Positions 38,117-51,800 of a stretch of DNA of 64,000 nt are shown here, in pieces. Each line of letters starts with the position of its first letter. Positions within the stretch are counted from its first letter, which is position 1. The position numbers and the translations under genes were made by a program. Source of the DNA: Puccinia triticina. Taxonomy: Eukaryota. The stretch lies in assembly GCA_026914245.1 (NCBI GenBank), contig CP110440.1, positions 1,426,001-1,490,000 on the forward strand, given 5' to 3'. The notes under the pieces are model-generated. The model worked only from the letters and a program-made list of their open reading frames with translations, was not told where the DNA came from and ran no database searches.

Positions 38117-41100
38117 TGTCAGGCGCGGTGATGCCAAGAGTAGATATACTCTTCTAGCTACACCGGTGACTGCGCAGCAGTGCGGTGGTAAGCGCAATAG
38201 AAGCGCAGCAAAAGTATAAAATAACTTTAAAGTTATTTTGAGATAGACCCAAAAAGGGGTTTAACGGAGGGGCCAGGAGCGCCTGGGGTATTTAAGTGCC
38301 CTCCGTGGATCTTACAGGGCCTGCGCAGGGGTTTTTATAAAACCTGTGACTTCTGGGGCCCAATTAAGGGTGTATTTCAAACGTATAAACGTTCCCAGGC
38401 TAGGGGATAGAGATCCCAATAGAGAAATGAAAACGGCGGATTTACTCGTGAAGAGAGTCCACAAAAGAAGACGGCAAATGAATCAACAAACCAAGATCGG
38501 AACTGTACAGGCTAGCGACCGGGTCTGATAGACAAGGGCGGGGCTGGTACGGCGACGAGGTGGTTGGTATGAATCTGGGGAGGCTTTTACTCGCTCAAAA
38601 GCCTCCCTTTATATATTCTTGCGGCAACCGGTAGGGTCGCCTTTCCATTTTCAAATTCCTTGCGGTTTCTCAGCCGCAGGAAAGAATGGTTTGGACAGGA
38701 GTAGTCGAGCGTTCTATTACTCGCATCTCTCCTGTCCTTTTTATTCAACGGCGAGTAGTGCTCTTCCTCGGTCCGAGGAAGAGTTCTACTCTATGTATCG
38801 CCTTCAGACGATTCCTCTTCAGCCGGGGGAGAAGCATTAGTATAATTCTTTATTCTTCTCCTCCGGTTGTTTCCAGTTGATCTGTTCTACTGTCACTCTT
38901 TAGAACAAGAGGACAGGAGATTCTCTAGCGCTCGTTCTCTTGGCTTGAGAACAGTTTCTCATCCCGTTCTCTTGTCATGAGAACAAATTTTTTTTGTAGC
39001 TTTTATTCCTTCTCCGGCCGATACCTGCGGCCGGAGTTTGTACACTCTCTCCTTGATTCTATCAATCTTTCGAGGGGAGGCTTGTTGCATATTTGTATTC
39101 TTATGCGCGGCGCTCTGTGCCACACTCAATGCTCAAAAAGTCGTAGTCGCTAAGGCTGTATGGGTTTAGCGACTACTTGGCGCTCTGCGCCGCGAATAGT
39201 ATGCAAAGTTAGCAACACACATGTGAAATAGTTAGCTGGGCTCTAACTTATTATAGTAGCCCGGCTGACATTCCCTCCCACCAAGATAAGTTACTCGTAA
39301 CTTAGCTGAGCTACTTCCGCTTAGAAACTCTGTAATTGCGTAGGTGAATTGCTCCATCCGGGATATTATTTTCCGGTAGCCATTCATCTTTATCTGCTGA
39401 TTGGTTTCTATATCTTACAAGGTACAACCTATTGTCTTTACCTAAAACCCTCTCTTTTTTATCTTTAAGGATTTTATGTACTTTAAGTTGCTCTTTAGGA
39501 GATGGTTCTTCTATTGGTACGGGTACGGGTTTGGAAGTTGGTTTGTTTTCTCTTGGAACATATCTTTTTATCAGGCTTACTGGAAACACTGGGTGTTTTC
39601 TACTAAATTCTTCCATGAGAATTACTTCTACCGCATTTTTACCGTGTAAGTTCTCAATCACAAAGGGTCCTACAAAGGCAGGTTTAAGTTTCTTACAACC
39701 TCTCAAGTTGTTGAAATTCACAGTAGATAGAAGTACTTTTTCTCCTATGTAGAATTCTGGTTCTTTATGACTCTTGTCCCAGCGCATCTTACTGTACTCA
39801 GCCGCTTCTTGTACACATTTAGCAGCATGTTTATTTGCGGCCTCTAACATTTGCTTAAAGTCTAAGGCTGTAGGGTGCGCCAGTGGCAATTTGTTGTTAA
39901 GAGTGTCCTTAGGTAGTCTGGGAGTCCAACCCCTTTCTAGGATATATGGCGCTTCTTTAGTAGTAGAGTGCTTACTACTATTATAAGCCATCTCCAGGGC
40001 AGGGAGTAAATTAACCCAGTCATGTGTATACCCATCACTGTTTTTAAATTCTAGCCCAAAGGCGCAAAACCTTCGTAGAAGATCTTCTAGTGTCTGGATC
40101 ATTCTTTCTGCTAGGCCATCAGTCTGCGGGTGATACGCGGTTGAGAAGGCTAATTTGGTACCCAACATATCATGTAGATTTATCCAAAATTCAGATGTAA
40201 ATTTTGGGTCCCTGTCACTGATAATTATTTTGGGGATACCCACATCAGCCATGATCCTGTTCCAGAATAGCATAGCTACTTCCATAGCTGTGTCATCTTT
40301 GTGATGCGGAATAAACCTAGCTCTCTTGGAAAATCTATCTACCACTACTAGCACTGAGTTATAAGAGAAGGCTCCTCCCGGTGGTAATCCTGTCACAAAG
40401 TCCATGTTAATGATTTACCACCTAGTTTTGGGCTCTGCTATGGTCTGCAATAGTCCAAATCTTTTTCCAGTCTGTTTGTTGGCTTTCTGGCATGTTTCAC
40501 AGGATTTAACATAGACCTTAGTTTGAGTTTTCCAATCAACCCACCAGGCTGTCTGTTTAATCCTCTCCAAGGTTCTATCTTCGGAGAAGTGACCTGCGCC
40601 AGCATTGTTGTGGCATTCATACAACATATTTTTAATGTGATTCGCTTTACTCAGGACTATCACACTTGAATGTCTATGCCTAAAGTATAATATGCCATCT
40701 AACAGAGTAAACTGTCCTTTCTTGTATGGGGTCAATAGGTATTCCGGTAAGCTAGCAATCAATTCCGGAGCACTGTTTTCATTATCCAGAATATTGATTA
40801 ACTTGAGAAGTTCTAAATCTTCACTATAGCTGATTCTGAATTCTTCAAAGAATGCGTCATCAATGTCACATATGTGAATTCCCAAAATAGGGAATACGTC
40901 CTCATCCTCTGGATCATAGGCAGGATTGCCTGGAGTATTAGGCAAGGCCCATCTACTTAGTCCATCTGCATTAGTATGCTTAGCTCCTGCTCTATGGATA
41001 ATGGTCATATGTCCTCTGTATTGTTGTATAGCAATCTGCCATCTGAGCATGTGACGGTTGGGCGTCTTCATGTTCATTAAAGTCCTTACTGCTATACAAT

Positions 41101-44100
41101 CCGTAACTACAATGATCTTACAACCTTCCAGGTAATAATGTAGTTTCTCTAGAGCCCATACAAGACATAAGCATTCCATTTGACTGGCTCCATTTCTCAT
41201 TTCTGTCTTACGGACTTGTCAAGAAATAAACAACACAGGTTTTTCTACAGGAATACCATCAATTATGAATTCCTGATGCAAAGCTGCTCCTATGCCTTCA
41301 AAGCAAGCATCTATGTATAGTATAAATGGCAAAGAGTAATCTGGTTGTGCTAGTACGGGAGCTGTAGTAATAAGCCTTTTCAGTTGCTCGTATTGCTCTA
41401 CTCTCCCGTACGTCATCTCAAAGAAGACATCTTTGCTACATAACTCCTATAAACTTTTTGAGATGTTTGCAAATTTAGGGATATGTTGTCTGTAATAACT
41501 GCAAAATCCCAAAAATGACTGCATTTCAGTTATTGTCTGCGGCATAGGTTTAAGCAGAACTGCGGCAACTCTGTTTTGATCTATGGCTAGAGATAATCCG
41601 GAGACTATATGACCTAAAGCCTTGAGCTCTTGAAAACCAAAGTTACATTTCTTGATTGACATTTTCAAACCTGCTGTGATAGCTGTACGGAGGACCAATC
41701 TTATTTTTTCTAAATGATCCTCCCAGTTTGTAGAATATATGATAATGTCATCTATGTATATCATCATCCAACTTTGTCTAATAAAGGACCCAAATATCGT
41801 GTCCATCATACGCTGAAAGTGCAACGGAGCATTTTTTATGCCAAATGGCATAATTAAATATTTGTAGACTCCTAGATGACAGATTATTCTCATAAATTTT
41901 CTGCTCTCTTCTTTAATGGGTATTTGATGGAACCCTTTAAGAACATCCATTGTAGTGATATATATTTAGCTTTCGCCAAATTGTGTAGTGAATGATCTAT
42001 CCTTGGAATAGGATAATTGTCTGCCTTTGTGTAATTATTAAGGGCTCTAAAATCTCCTACCATGCGGGATTTATCATTATGCCAGGCTATAATTACGGGC
42101 GTAGTTATTTCCACTTGTTTGTTATGGCCTACTTTCCTTAAAACCTTAAGTTCTAATAGTTCTTTGATGTGGATCTCTAATGCTTCCCTAGACTTAGGGC
42201 TGGAAGGATAGGCAGCTCTCCTTAACGCAGGAGGGTAGGGGGGCTGACACGTGAGTTCTATTTCAATATTGTGTCCTGAGATATTCCCTATAGGTTCCTC
42301 CTTTGTGCAAAAGGCTTCTTCGTGCTCAAAGCATACTTTCAACACATCTGATTGTTGTTCTGCGGTTAAATTACTACTAATAGAAGCTTGAGACATATAA
42401 TCTTGACTGAACTTGGTCAGTTCTTTATTCTCACAGGTTTTCTCCGAAGGGTTCTGAAAGCTGATATTACATATCTCAAACTTTCGTTTCCAATCATCAC
42501 CTATTGTGTAGTATCTACTTTTGCTTTGAATTACATCTATTCCATACAAGCAGAATGCATCATTTCCTATGATAAGATAATCACACACAGCATCTTCTAG
42601 AACTACAAATTCCATGTGTAATCTTAAAGAACCTTTTGTGTGCGGGAAAATAAGAGGTAACTTAACTATCCCTATTGGTCTAAGGGCTGAGTTACAACTG
42701 CTAAATTTAGCTTTGGGCGTGGGGAGAAGGTTATTCTTCCAGTCCGGGTAACAAGAGTCTAGTAAATTGGTGCTAGTACAAGAACAAAATGCTCCAATGT
42801 CTAAAAGAGCTCTGACTTCTCTCCCATCAAAGATAACTGTTGTATAGCTAGTTTTTCCCAGAGTATAACTCATGCCTTCCTCTGGCTTATTTGTCATTAG
42901 TTTGGCATCTGATACGTGCCCAACTCCCAGTGAAGAGTTCCATTTCTGTGGCAGATTGGAATCTCCTTGGATTACCGTGATATGCAATGGATCACCTAGA
43001 TCAGCTTGTATTACGTTGCATTTGGCATTGATTTCTGGTTCACCCAAGCAGTCTCCAATTTCAGGTTCCATAATGACAATGTCAAATTGGGAGCCCGTAT
43101 CAGATAGTTCATCTTCATCTGACTCTACTTCTATATTGTTGATGCGTTTATGGGGTTTAGGGCAATCAGGTCTCTTATGGCCCTTCTCTCCACAATTGTA
43201 ACACTCAATACTAGTTGGTTTTCTAGCAGGCATTTCTGCATTCTTTCTTTCCACAGCCGTGTTTTCTCTAGGAGCTAGATTACGCCTTTCTTCATACGTC
43301 TTGGGTTTCCTGTCTAATTTCTTGGCCACAATAATTATTTCTATAGTGGCTACTAATTCAGACAAGTCTACATCTGCATCTTTCAACCTGCACATTACAT
43401 CATGTTCTAAGTAATTAGGGCACTTTTTCAAGATTTTCTTAGTTACAAATTTCTGAGCTGGTTGGTTATAGATACAATCAATCCTTTTCTTCTGACTCAG
43501 ACACCATTTGTACGGATCATCTTTAGTAGGATCAAAGAAATCATTCTCATATGCGGCTAGCATTTTATCCTCCCAGACATCTGTACCAAACTGTTTATGG
43601 ATCAATTTTTTCCACACTTCCCAGCTTACTTTTCCGACAGATTTCTTTTTTCTGACGAACCAGTCTAAAGCTACGCCTTCAAATAACCTTGGCAATCTGC
43701 AAGTTACTACTTCATCTGTAGCTTCGTAGCACTCAAGGAGATGATCTACGTAGTCTATGAAGTAGATATGATTGTATTCTCCTTCTCCAGAGAATTTAGG
43801 CCATTCTTTCATTGGTGGCATCAGTTTGCATTTGGTGACTGGGTCTAGACTATTCAGGAAAGAAGTAGTCTGTTGTGGTTGTTCCTGGTAAGCTGGGGAA
43901 TCACTTACCACATTTGGGCGTGGCAACCTAGTTGGTTCCTCTTCTTTGGGAGGTAGGGACCTTTCTTGATGTTGAAACACTCTGTTCCTGTTATTTAGTA
44001 AAGGGTTGTTAAACCTAACTTCTTCCGTCTGAGCAGCTTCGGGGTTATGACTCAGGTGCGGGGGAGTCTGTATTCCTGCTACATTTTGTTTAAGAGTTTT

Positions 44101-45549
44101 TATCTCTTGTTTCAGAGAGCTGATTTGCTCCGCCGTGGAGATGTTGATTTTATTTACCATCTCTTTCATGTTATCCTCCTGATGACTCACTAAGTCTATC
44201 AAAATTTGTAACTGGGCGGATTGATGGTCTTCACGCTCTCTGTTTTCTTTGATAACCTCAGTTTTCAAAGTAGACAACATTTGGCTTTTAAAGTCTGCCA
44301 TATCAATGTCAATATCCGTAAGTTTGTCTTGTAGACTTTGATTTGTGCCAGCCATATTCTCAAGTCTTTTTGTTATCTCACTTGTTTTACTCTTAATTTC
44401 TCCAATGTCTTGCCGAAATTCAGGTATTATAACAAAATGTTCTTGAGACATTTCTATTGCACGACTCACAGCAGATTCAAGAGTGTTGATAATAGAAGTG
44501 TGACATTCCACAATTTTCTTGTTTGTAAACTTATATTGGTTACTAGAGTTACTATGTAATGTAGACAAGTTTCCATACAAGTTATCAAACATATGAAAAA
44601 TAAAATCTCTATCAACTACATCTGGTTGTAGGCTTGTTCCAAGGTGTTTGCTGCCTTCATGACTTGAGCCCATCTGGCATGGTCTCTGCGGAGCTGGTTG
44701 GTTTGATTGGTTGGAGGAGCTTTTTGTTTTTTCAAAGTCCTCGCTGGAGGGGCGATCTGCTTCTTCACCGTCCAGGGGTTCCAACCCTCCACGAAGGACT
44801 CTAACTCCTTTTGAGAGAGAAACTTCTGAGCCGCTTTTTGGCTCTCTTGAGCTCCGCGTAGAGCGGCTTTGAGCTCCTCCGGAGATCCTTGAGCCTGGAG
44901 AGAGATGCATTTTCTCCAGTTGGCTCGGTGGACGTACACCAAGTTCTGGATCATCTTGACCTGCTCTTCCTCCAGCTCTTTGGGAGTTTTTACCGAAGTT
45001 TTGGCTTTCGAGGTGCTCGGAGCTGGGTCCGTGTTCTTCTTGAACCAAAGCGGGACCTCGAAGTCCGCTGGATCCTCCAAAAACAGATCCTCCGATGGCG
45101 GACCCTTTGCGGCTGACTCTATTTGGAGTGGCAAGGGGTCCTTTGAGGTCAGGTCTGGAAGAACGGGTAGACATTTATTAGTGTTTTTTTTTTTTTTTTT
45201 TTTTTTAAAAAGGTTTAGTTTGTTTTTTGGTAAGAATGGACTAACTTTCAACTTCTGGTTCAGAGTCGCTGACGTCAATGTCTACTAGGTTCTCGGCGGG
45301 AGCTGGTTCTGTTTCAGCTGCGAAGTACGGAGAAGTCAGTAATGTAGTTTGTATTTGCGAGTGAATTCGCAGGAGAGAGTTGCTTACGGGTATCTCTTGG
45401 GTGGCGTATAGTGCCGGCGAAGTAATTTGGTTTAGGAGCAGGCACTCTTGCAAAGACGATTCTTTTAAAACTTTTCTCAATCTTCCTTTTGGGCTAAGTG
45501 TGTTCTCAATCCCTCGACCCATAAATGGCTTTTTCCTCCCCCACTTCAT
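38117..45549 (-). mobile_element. Ty3/Gypsy LTR retrotransposon with chromodomain integrase, degenerate, 5' LTR missing
   Basis: 3' LTR at 38117-39270 (TGTCAG...CTGACA) with adjacent purine tract. Gag CCHC (CYNCGEKGHKRPDC), protease (LLDIGA), RT (YIDDII), RNase H, integrase ([24 protein letters not shown]) and chromodomain ([15 protein letters not shown]). Frameshifts and stops in pol. Confidence 0.93.
44616..45522 (-). CDS. Spliced accessory ORF overlapping the Gypsy gag N-terminus in another frame (GWNPW-motif protein)
   Basis: Intron 45245-45155 (GTTAGT...CTAAT...CCAG) joins ORF 45241-45651 in frame to ORF 44616-45278 (..DSEPEVE-N-LTSKDPLP..). Start codon uncertain. Confidence 0.55.
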
Positions 45550-48204
45550 GTATATACTGTTCCCGCTCTCCGTTCTTTTTCCCCTGTTACTGGTGTTCCC
45601 AACTCTCTGGTGCCTTGTACTACTGTGTCCGCGCGTGCTGTTGCTACTCAAAATACAGAACCATTCGTTTTTACTGTGACAGATACTGTGCCAAATGATC
45701 CCCTACCAAGACCCTTAACAGCAGATGAACGCTTTCTCCTCAACCTTCATCAGAAGATGGGCCATGTAAGTCTTTGGGTGATCCGTCGAATGATCAAGAC
45801 GGATGTAGCCCTTGGTTTACCTTCCTCCCTGCCGGCAGGAGTCATTCATTGCTCGACCTGTAAGATTTTGAAAAGTTTTGATCATAACACTCTTTCTTCC
45901 AAACGGCGGACTTTCTCACCCATGGACGCATGGACTGTAGATCTAATAGGACCATTTGAAGTGACTGCAATTGGCGGAGGAAAGTATATTCTTACGATTC
46001 GGGATATTGGATCCGGGTACAGTGAAATAAAAATCTTGAATTTAAAATCTGAAGCAACTGCGAATCTCATAGCGACTATTATCAGATTGGAAAGGCAGAC
46101 CTGCAAACGTTTAAAAATGCTTCGCTTGGACAATGGGGGGGAATTCAACAATGCTACCTTGGCTAAATTCCTGACAGACAACGGTATCCGGACAGAACGT
46201 GCTATTGCCTATCATCACTATCAAAATGGAACAATCAAGCGTTTCAACCGGACCCTCCAGGATATGGGCAGAACTCTCCTAGTCGGTAGTAACTTGGGTA
46301 AATCCTTCTGGTCCTTTTCCTTCACATGGGCCTGTCACCTTCTCAATTGAATTCCCAACGGCGCTAGTGGACCGATTACCCCTTTTGAGAAATTTTTTGG
46401 TCAAAAACCCAGTTTGGACACGGCTCGAGTATTTGGGGATCTAGCCTATGTCCATATACCCGCGGAAAAACGGAAAAAGCTGGATGAACGAGCTGTGGCG
46501 GCTAGGGTGATTTCATACCTCCCGGAATCAAAAGGCTGGTGGTTCTGGGTACCATTGACAAACTCTTTCATATCCTCCGCCGTTGCCAGTTTTCTCAACC
46601 ACAAATCACCAGCTCCTAATCCTGCTCTTCCTCAACCGGTTGTGTCGCTTGCAAATATGACAGATCTTCAATTGGGCGATTTTAGGGACGAAATGGTGGT
46701 ACGTGAACAAGATGAAATGGTGGATACGGTGGCTTCTTTTGTGCCGGAAGTTTGTGCTGCAGGTGTGCCGAATACTTTCAAACAAGCGATGAAATTGGAT
46801 GAAAAGGATGCATGGTTGGCGGCGGTCAAGGAAGAAATTGTGAATTTGGAGACTCTTGGCGTGTGGGAAGTGGCGAAGGTACCTCCCGGGTATGACGGCG
46901 AAATGGGTTTTTGCAAAAAAGACAAACGTGTCGGGCGAAGTTGAGCGCTTTAAGGCCCGTTACGTTGCACGTGGGTATTCCCAAATTGCAGGGCTGCAAT
47001 TCAATGAGACTTTTGCCCCTACTGCTACGTTTGTCTCCATGAGAATACTCCTGGTAATTGCGGCAGTTAATCATTGGCCCGTTCACTCCTTTGACTTCGT
47101 TGCGGCGTATCTTAACTCTCCCATAGACAAGGAGCTTTGGGTTTTGCCCCCGGAAGGTTTGACGGTGGAAGAAGGCTATGCCTGCCTTTTAAAGAAAGCC
47201 CTCTACGGTACAAAGCAGGCGGCACGTTGCTGGTGGCAGCATCTCTCTGGGACTTTGGCAAATTTGGGTTACAAGGCCTTGCAGTATGATAGCAACCTCT
47301 ATATCTTAAAAAAAGCCGGGGGAAACGCCTGTATTTGGATTCACGTGGACAATGGTATTGTGACAGCATCTGACTCTGCGGCGCTTGAGCAATTGGAACA
47401 GGATTTGTCAGCTAACATTAAAATCAAGTGGACAAAGGACCTTACTGATATGGTGGGGCTGGCGATTACCGGGGACTCAAGTGGTTTTTGTCTGTCGCAG
47501 CCAAAACTAATCGCGAGGATCCTGTCCAACCACTGGGACGGTTCTTCCAGCAGCCAAACGCCCTTACCAACCGGAAATCTACTGACGACCCATGCGGGTA
47601 AGGGAGTCAAGCCAACGTTATATCTATCCATACTGGGTGCTCTGAGCTATGTTGCGCTTGGCACACGGCCTGACATCTATTTTGCGGTTAATTTTCTGGC
47701 ACGATTTTCTCAGTGTCCTTTTCTAGAGCACTGGAAATGGCTGAAACACCACTGGGTTATTTGGCGGCGACAAAATCTCTCCGTCTCCAGATTCATCCCC
47801 GGAAAGAAGCACCGACCCTTTGCGGCTTTACTGATGCAAACTGGGGGGGTGAGTTTTCCCGTTCAACTTATGGAATGATCCTTTTCTACCATGGCTGTCC
47901 TATTTCTTGGGTATCGAAAAGGCTAGCTACTGTTGCATCATCCACGGCTCATGCAGAATATATGGCGCTAGGCCACTGCACTAAGCAATTGCTCTGGGTC
48001 AGAAACTTACTGTACGATCTATGTGATAAATGGTTCACAGGTTATATTTACTGCAATAATACTGCGGCGGTCAAAATTTGTTCCAATGACGCGTCAAACA
48101 AACAAACGAGGCATACCAACTGAGAATTTTACATCACAAATCAGGCATTCTTCGAGAAAAAAAATTTGGCCTCATGGGTTTTGACAAAAAATCAGTTCGC
48201 CAAT

Positions 48205-48683
48205 CAACGGTGGGCCGCTACGCTACACTACGCTACACTACGCTACAGGGCCACTTAGCGTTTAGCGTAGCGGAAAAAAGCGCCCGCCCATTTTGAGTAG
48301 CGTTAGCGCGCTGTTAGCGCCGCTACGCTGCGCTACGTTTCAGCGGCGCTAACAGCGCGCCAATTGTTTGTTAGTGTTAGCGCGCCGTTACAGTCACTAC
48401 GCTACGCTACGCTGCGCTACAGCGCTTTTAGCGGAAAAAAAGGTTTTTTTTTCAGCTAAAAGCACTGTGGCGCACCGTAGCGCGTGCTCTTTTGCGCCCT
48501 GCGTGTGTAGCGTTAGCGCAATTGCGCGCATCTGCGCTAACGCTACGCTAACAGCTAAATTAGCTGCGCACCCTTTGCGCGTAGCGTTAGCGCAGAGAAG
48601 GCGCAATTCCGCTAACGCTACGCTAAAAGTTAGCGGAATTCCACTACGCTAACGCTACGGTTAGCGTAGCTGGCCCACCGTTG
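48205..48683. mobile_element. MITE of the (TAGCG)n family inserted in Copia RNase H
   Basis: TIRs CAACGGTGGGCC / GGCCCACCGTTG; 7-bp TSD CGCCAAT/CGCCGAT. Removal restores NQFADVFTK. Confidence 0.88.
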
Positions 48684-48818
48684 CGCCGATGTTTTCACAA
48701 AAAAATCTTCCTCCTCTTGTCCATCACAATCAGCAACTTGTGATCTTAGGTGTCTTGTTGAGTGGGGGGGTGTTGTAGCTTGATTACGTAAAGCGTTACG
48801 TCTCACTACAGTTATGTC

Positions 48819-51800
48819 TTTTTTTTTTTTTTTTTTTTTTAAGTGCAGATTTGATTTGACATTGCGCACTATGCATATGCACCTAACAGACAAAAGCTTC
48901 TACCACACGTACAACGTAATAGCAACCCAATTGTAAATGGAAGGGAGGAGGGATAACAGAGATTCTGGACATCATACATGACGGTAACAAGAGATAAGAA
49001 AGAAAGAGAAAAAGGAGAAGAAGGAAAAGAGTGGGAAAATGAGGAGAAAGAAAAAAGAAAAGGGGAGAGAGTTCCGGCGGTGATCCTGTTTGAAGTCGGA
49101 TGAGGGCTATTGATGGGTTCCTTCGGCATCTCCGTCCCGCCGGAACTGCGGGAGCCTAGCCGAATCTCGGATGAAGCCTTCCGTGGCCCGGAAAGCCCTG
49201 AAGTTGTTGAGGAGCGTCCTGGTTGTTATCTCGGTGATTCTCTCCTCGAGGAGGAGCCGCCTTGCTGTTGTCCTAGCCTCGCGGAACCTGGAGCAAGAAA
49301 CCAAATAATGATCAACTGATTCGGGTACGCCACATGTCATGCAAATAGGGTATGGCGCCCTTCTGCTCTTAAATTGAAAGGAGTTTAATGGCACATGACC
49401 TGATCTTAGCTGATGGAAAGCCGCTTGGACCGGAAAAGCCGCCCGTGGCGACCCTTTCCACAGCCTTTCCTTTTGAATAAGCCTGGCCTTCACTGCCGTG
49501 ACGCTACCTCTGATAGACGCGTCCCGCAGAGAAGGGTTGCGCGCCTCGGCCGCCTTCTTGTCTGCCAGCTTATTGCCGTCGATCCCGACGTGCCCAGGGC
49601 ACCACCGGACCAATATCTGTGTGGATGAAGGGATTCCGTCAGCGGCTTTCCGTATCTGAGAGAGCAAATACTGGCCCGGCTTGGGAGCTCTGGGGTTTCC
49701 TAGCCTCTCTATCGCCGCCTGGCTGTCCGTCAGCAAGATGATTCTGGCTCCAGTGCTGGGCAACCGGGCCTCGCTCCCCAATTCCAGTCCGAGCCGAATG
49801 CCAACCAATTCGCACTCAAAATTCGATGCCGTGCCTGGAGGTCCCAAAAAGGCGAGCCTGGACACAGCACCATCCCTAGAGACGGCCGCCGCTCCCAGTC
49901 CCTCCTCGGGGTGATCAGAGCCATCAGTGAATATTACCAGATCGGTCACCGGGTCGATGCTTTTGAGAAAAGATACTATAGTTTTCTTAGCCTCCTGCTT
50001 GGTGCTTCTGTTCGCGTCCAATTCGATCTTCCTCCCCGATTTCCAGGGAGGATAGTCGTCGAGGATGAAGTTCACCGTCTCTAGCTCCCTCGCCGCCACC
50101 TCCTCCAGTTCCTCCCGGTTGAGTGAGGAGTGAACTGGGCTGGGGAAGGGTTTAGCCGCCCACAGAAACTCTGTCCGGATTTGCCGTTCAATCTCCGACG
50201 CCCTGTGGGTGATTCTGGTCAGCTTTGTGACAAAAACGTTTGTTATCCTGTTTGCGGCAGTTTTTTTGATGCTTCGGAAAGGTCGATACTTGTCTAAGTA
50301 CTTGACCGGGGTGGACTTCAAGGCCCCCAGCGCGAAGCGGGCAGCTGAGTGCTCGATCAGATCCAATAATGCCGCCACCTTCTGTTTGTTCTGGTTTGTG
50401 TACCACACCTGAACCCCGTAGAGGACCCTGGGGACCAGCACCGCAGAGATCAGGAGCCCACGCTCCTGTTCCCTGACCCCCCAAGCCGAACTGCCTATCT
50501 TGAGAAGTTGGCCCAAAGTGTCGTCGGCCTTTTTCCTAACCTGAGCGACCTGTTTGGTGAACGTAAGCTTCTCGTCTATCCACAGCCCTAGCCACTTTAC
50601 TTCACGCTGTGGCTCCAGTCGCTGGCCGTCAAAAGTGAAATGAGACTTAGCCGCTTTCGAATGTGTGAACACCATGTATTGGGCCTTCCTGCTATCAAAG
50701 ATGGCACCGTGGGTCTTGCCCCACTGTAGCAATCCCTCGCCCAATCGGGCCAGTCGACACTTAGCCTGCTCAATGATCTTCCCTGCCGTGAGGTGGACCA
50801 CATCGTCGATGAAGCCTAGGGAAACTTCATCTCTATCAAAGTCAAAACTGTTGATCAGCAAGTCCGAGTTGTAGAGGATATACAAGATCACCGATAAGGG
50901 CGAGCCCTGTGGGAGGCCCCTCTCTAGGGCAAACTCAGCTGATTCATAGTCCACCAGACGCAACCTGGTGCGCCGCCCTTCCAAAAAGCGGCCGATGACT
51001 TTCCATAGGTAAGTTGGACACCCCTTCCGTCGAAGCGAGTGGACAAGCCGGTGAGGATTCACTGAGGGGTAAGCTGACTTAACGTCGAGGAAAAGACCGG
51101 TGACCGCCTTTCCCTCTCTCCACTTTCTTTTAACCCACATCGTGAGCGCCATCAGTGCGTCCTCGCAGCCCTTACCCCTGCGCCCCCCTGAGTGCCCGTC
51201 TGGGATGATTCCCTTCGATTCTGCCCAGAAAGTGATGCGGTCAGCAATAACAGTCTCAAAGACTTTGCTAAGGGTGTTGAGGAGGGCAATAGGGCGGTAC
51301 GCCCCTGGATTTGTGTAGTCCGGTTTACCAAACTTTTGTATGATCACGGTGGTGGCAGTGCGCCATGCTTTGGGGAAGCGGTCCTCCCTTATGCACCTGT
51401 TGAACAAGGATGCGAGGGTGTCAGCCAGCTCAGTTTTAACAGTCGTGAGGACTTCATTTGGGATCCGATCCGGGCCCGAGGCCTTCTTCTTAGCAAGTCT
51501 ACCCAATATGACCAGCACCTCCTCTTAAGAGACAGGGGGGTAGACCACAAAAGTGGACGTCTCCAACGGGGGGATATCCGACAGGTCGCAAAAACTGTCG
51601 ACAACCGACGTCCCAGCGAACAGGAGCTTCGCCTGTTCCTCCTTGTTTGACGTGATGGAGCCGTCCAGACCTCGCAGCGGGAGCACTCCCCCACCACTCC
51701 TGGGCTTGGTGAACTGGAAGGCCTGGAAGACCGTCGTCGCGTCCGTGGAGGCCAGGAAGTCCCTCCAGTGCTGCTGTTTGAGGGCGTTGACCTCTTCGCG

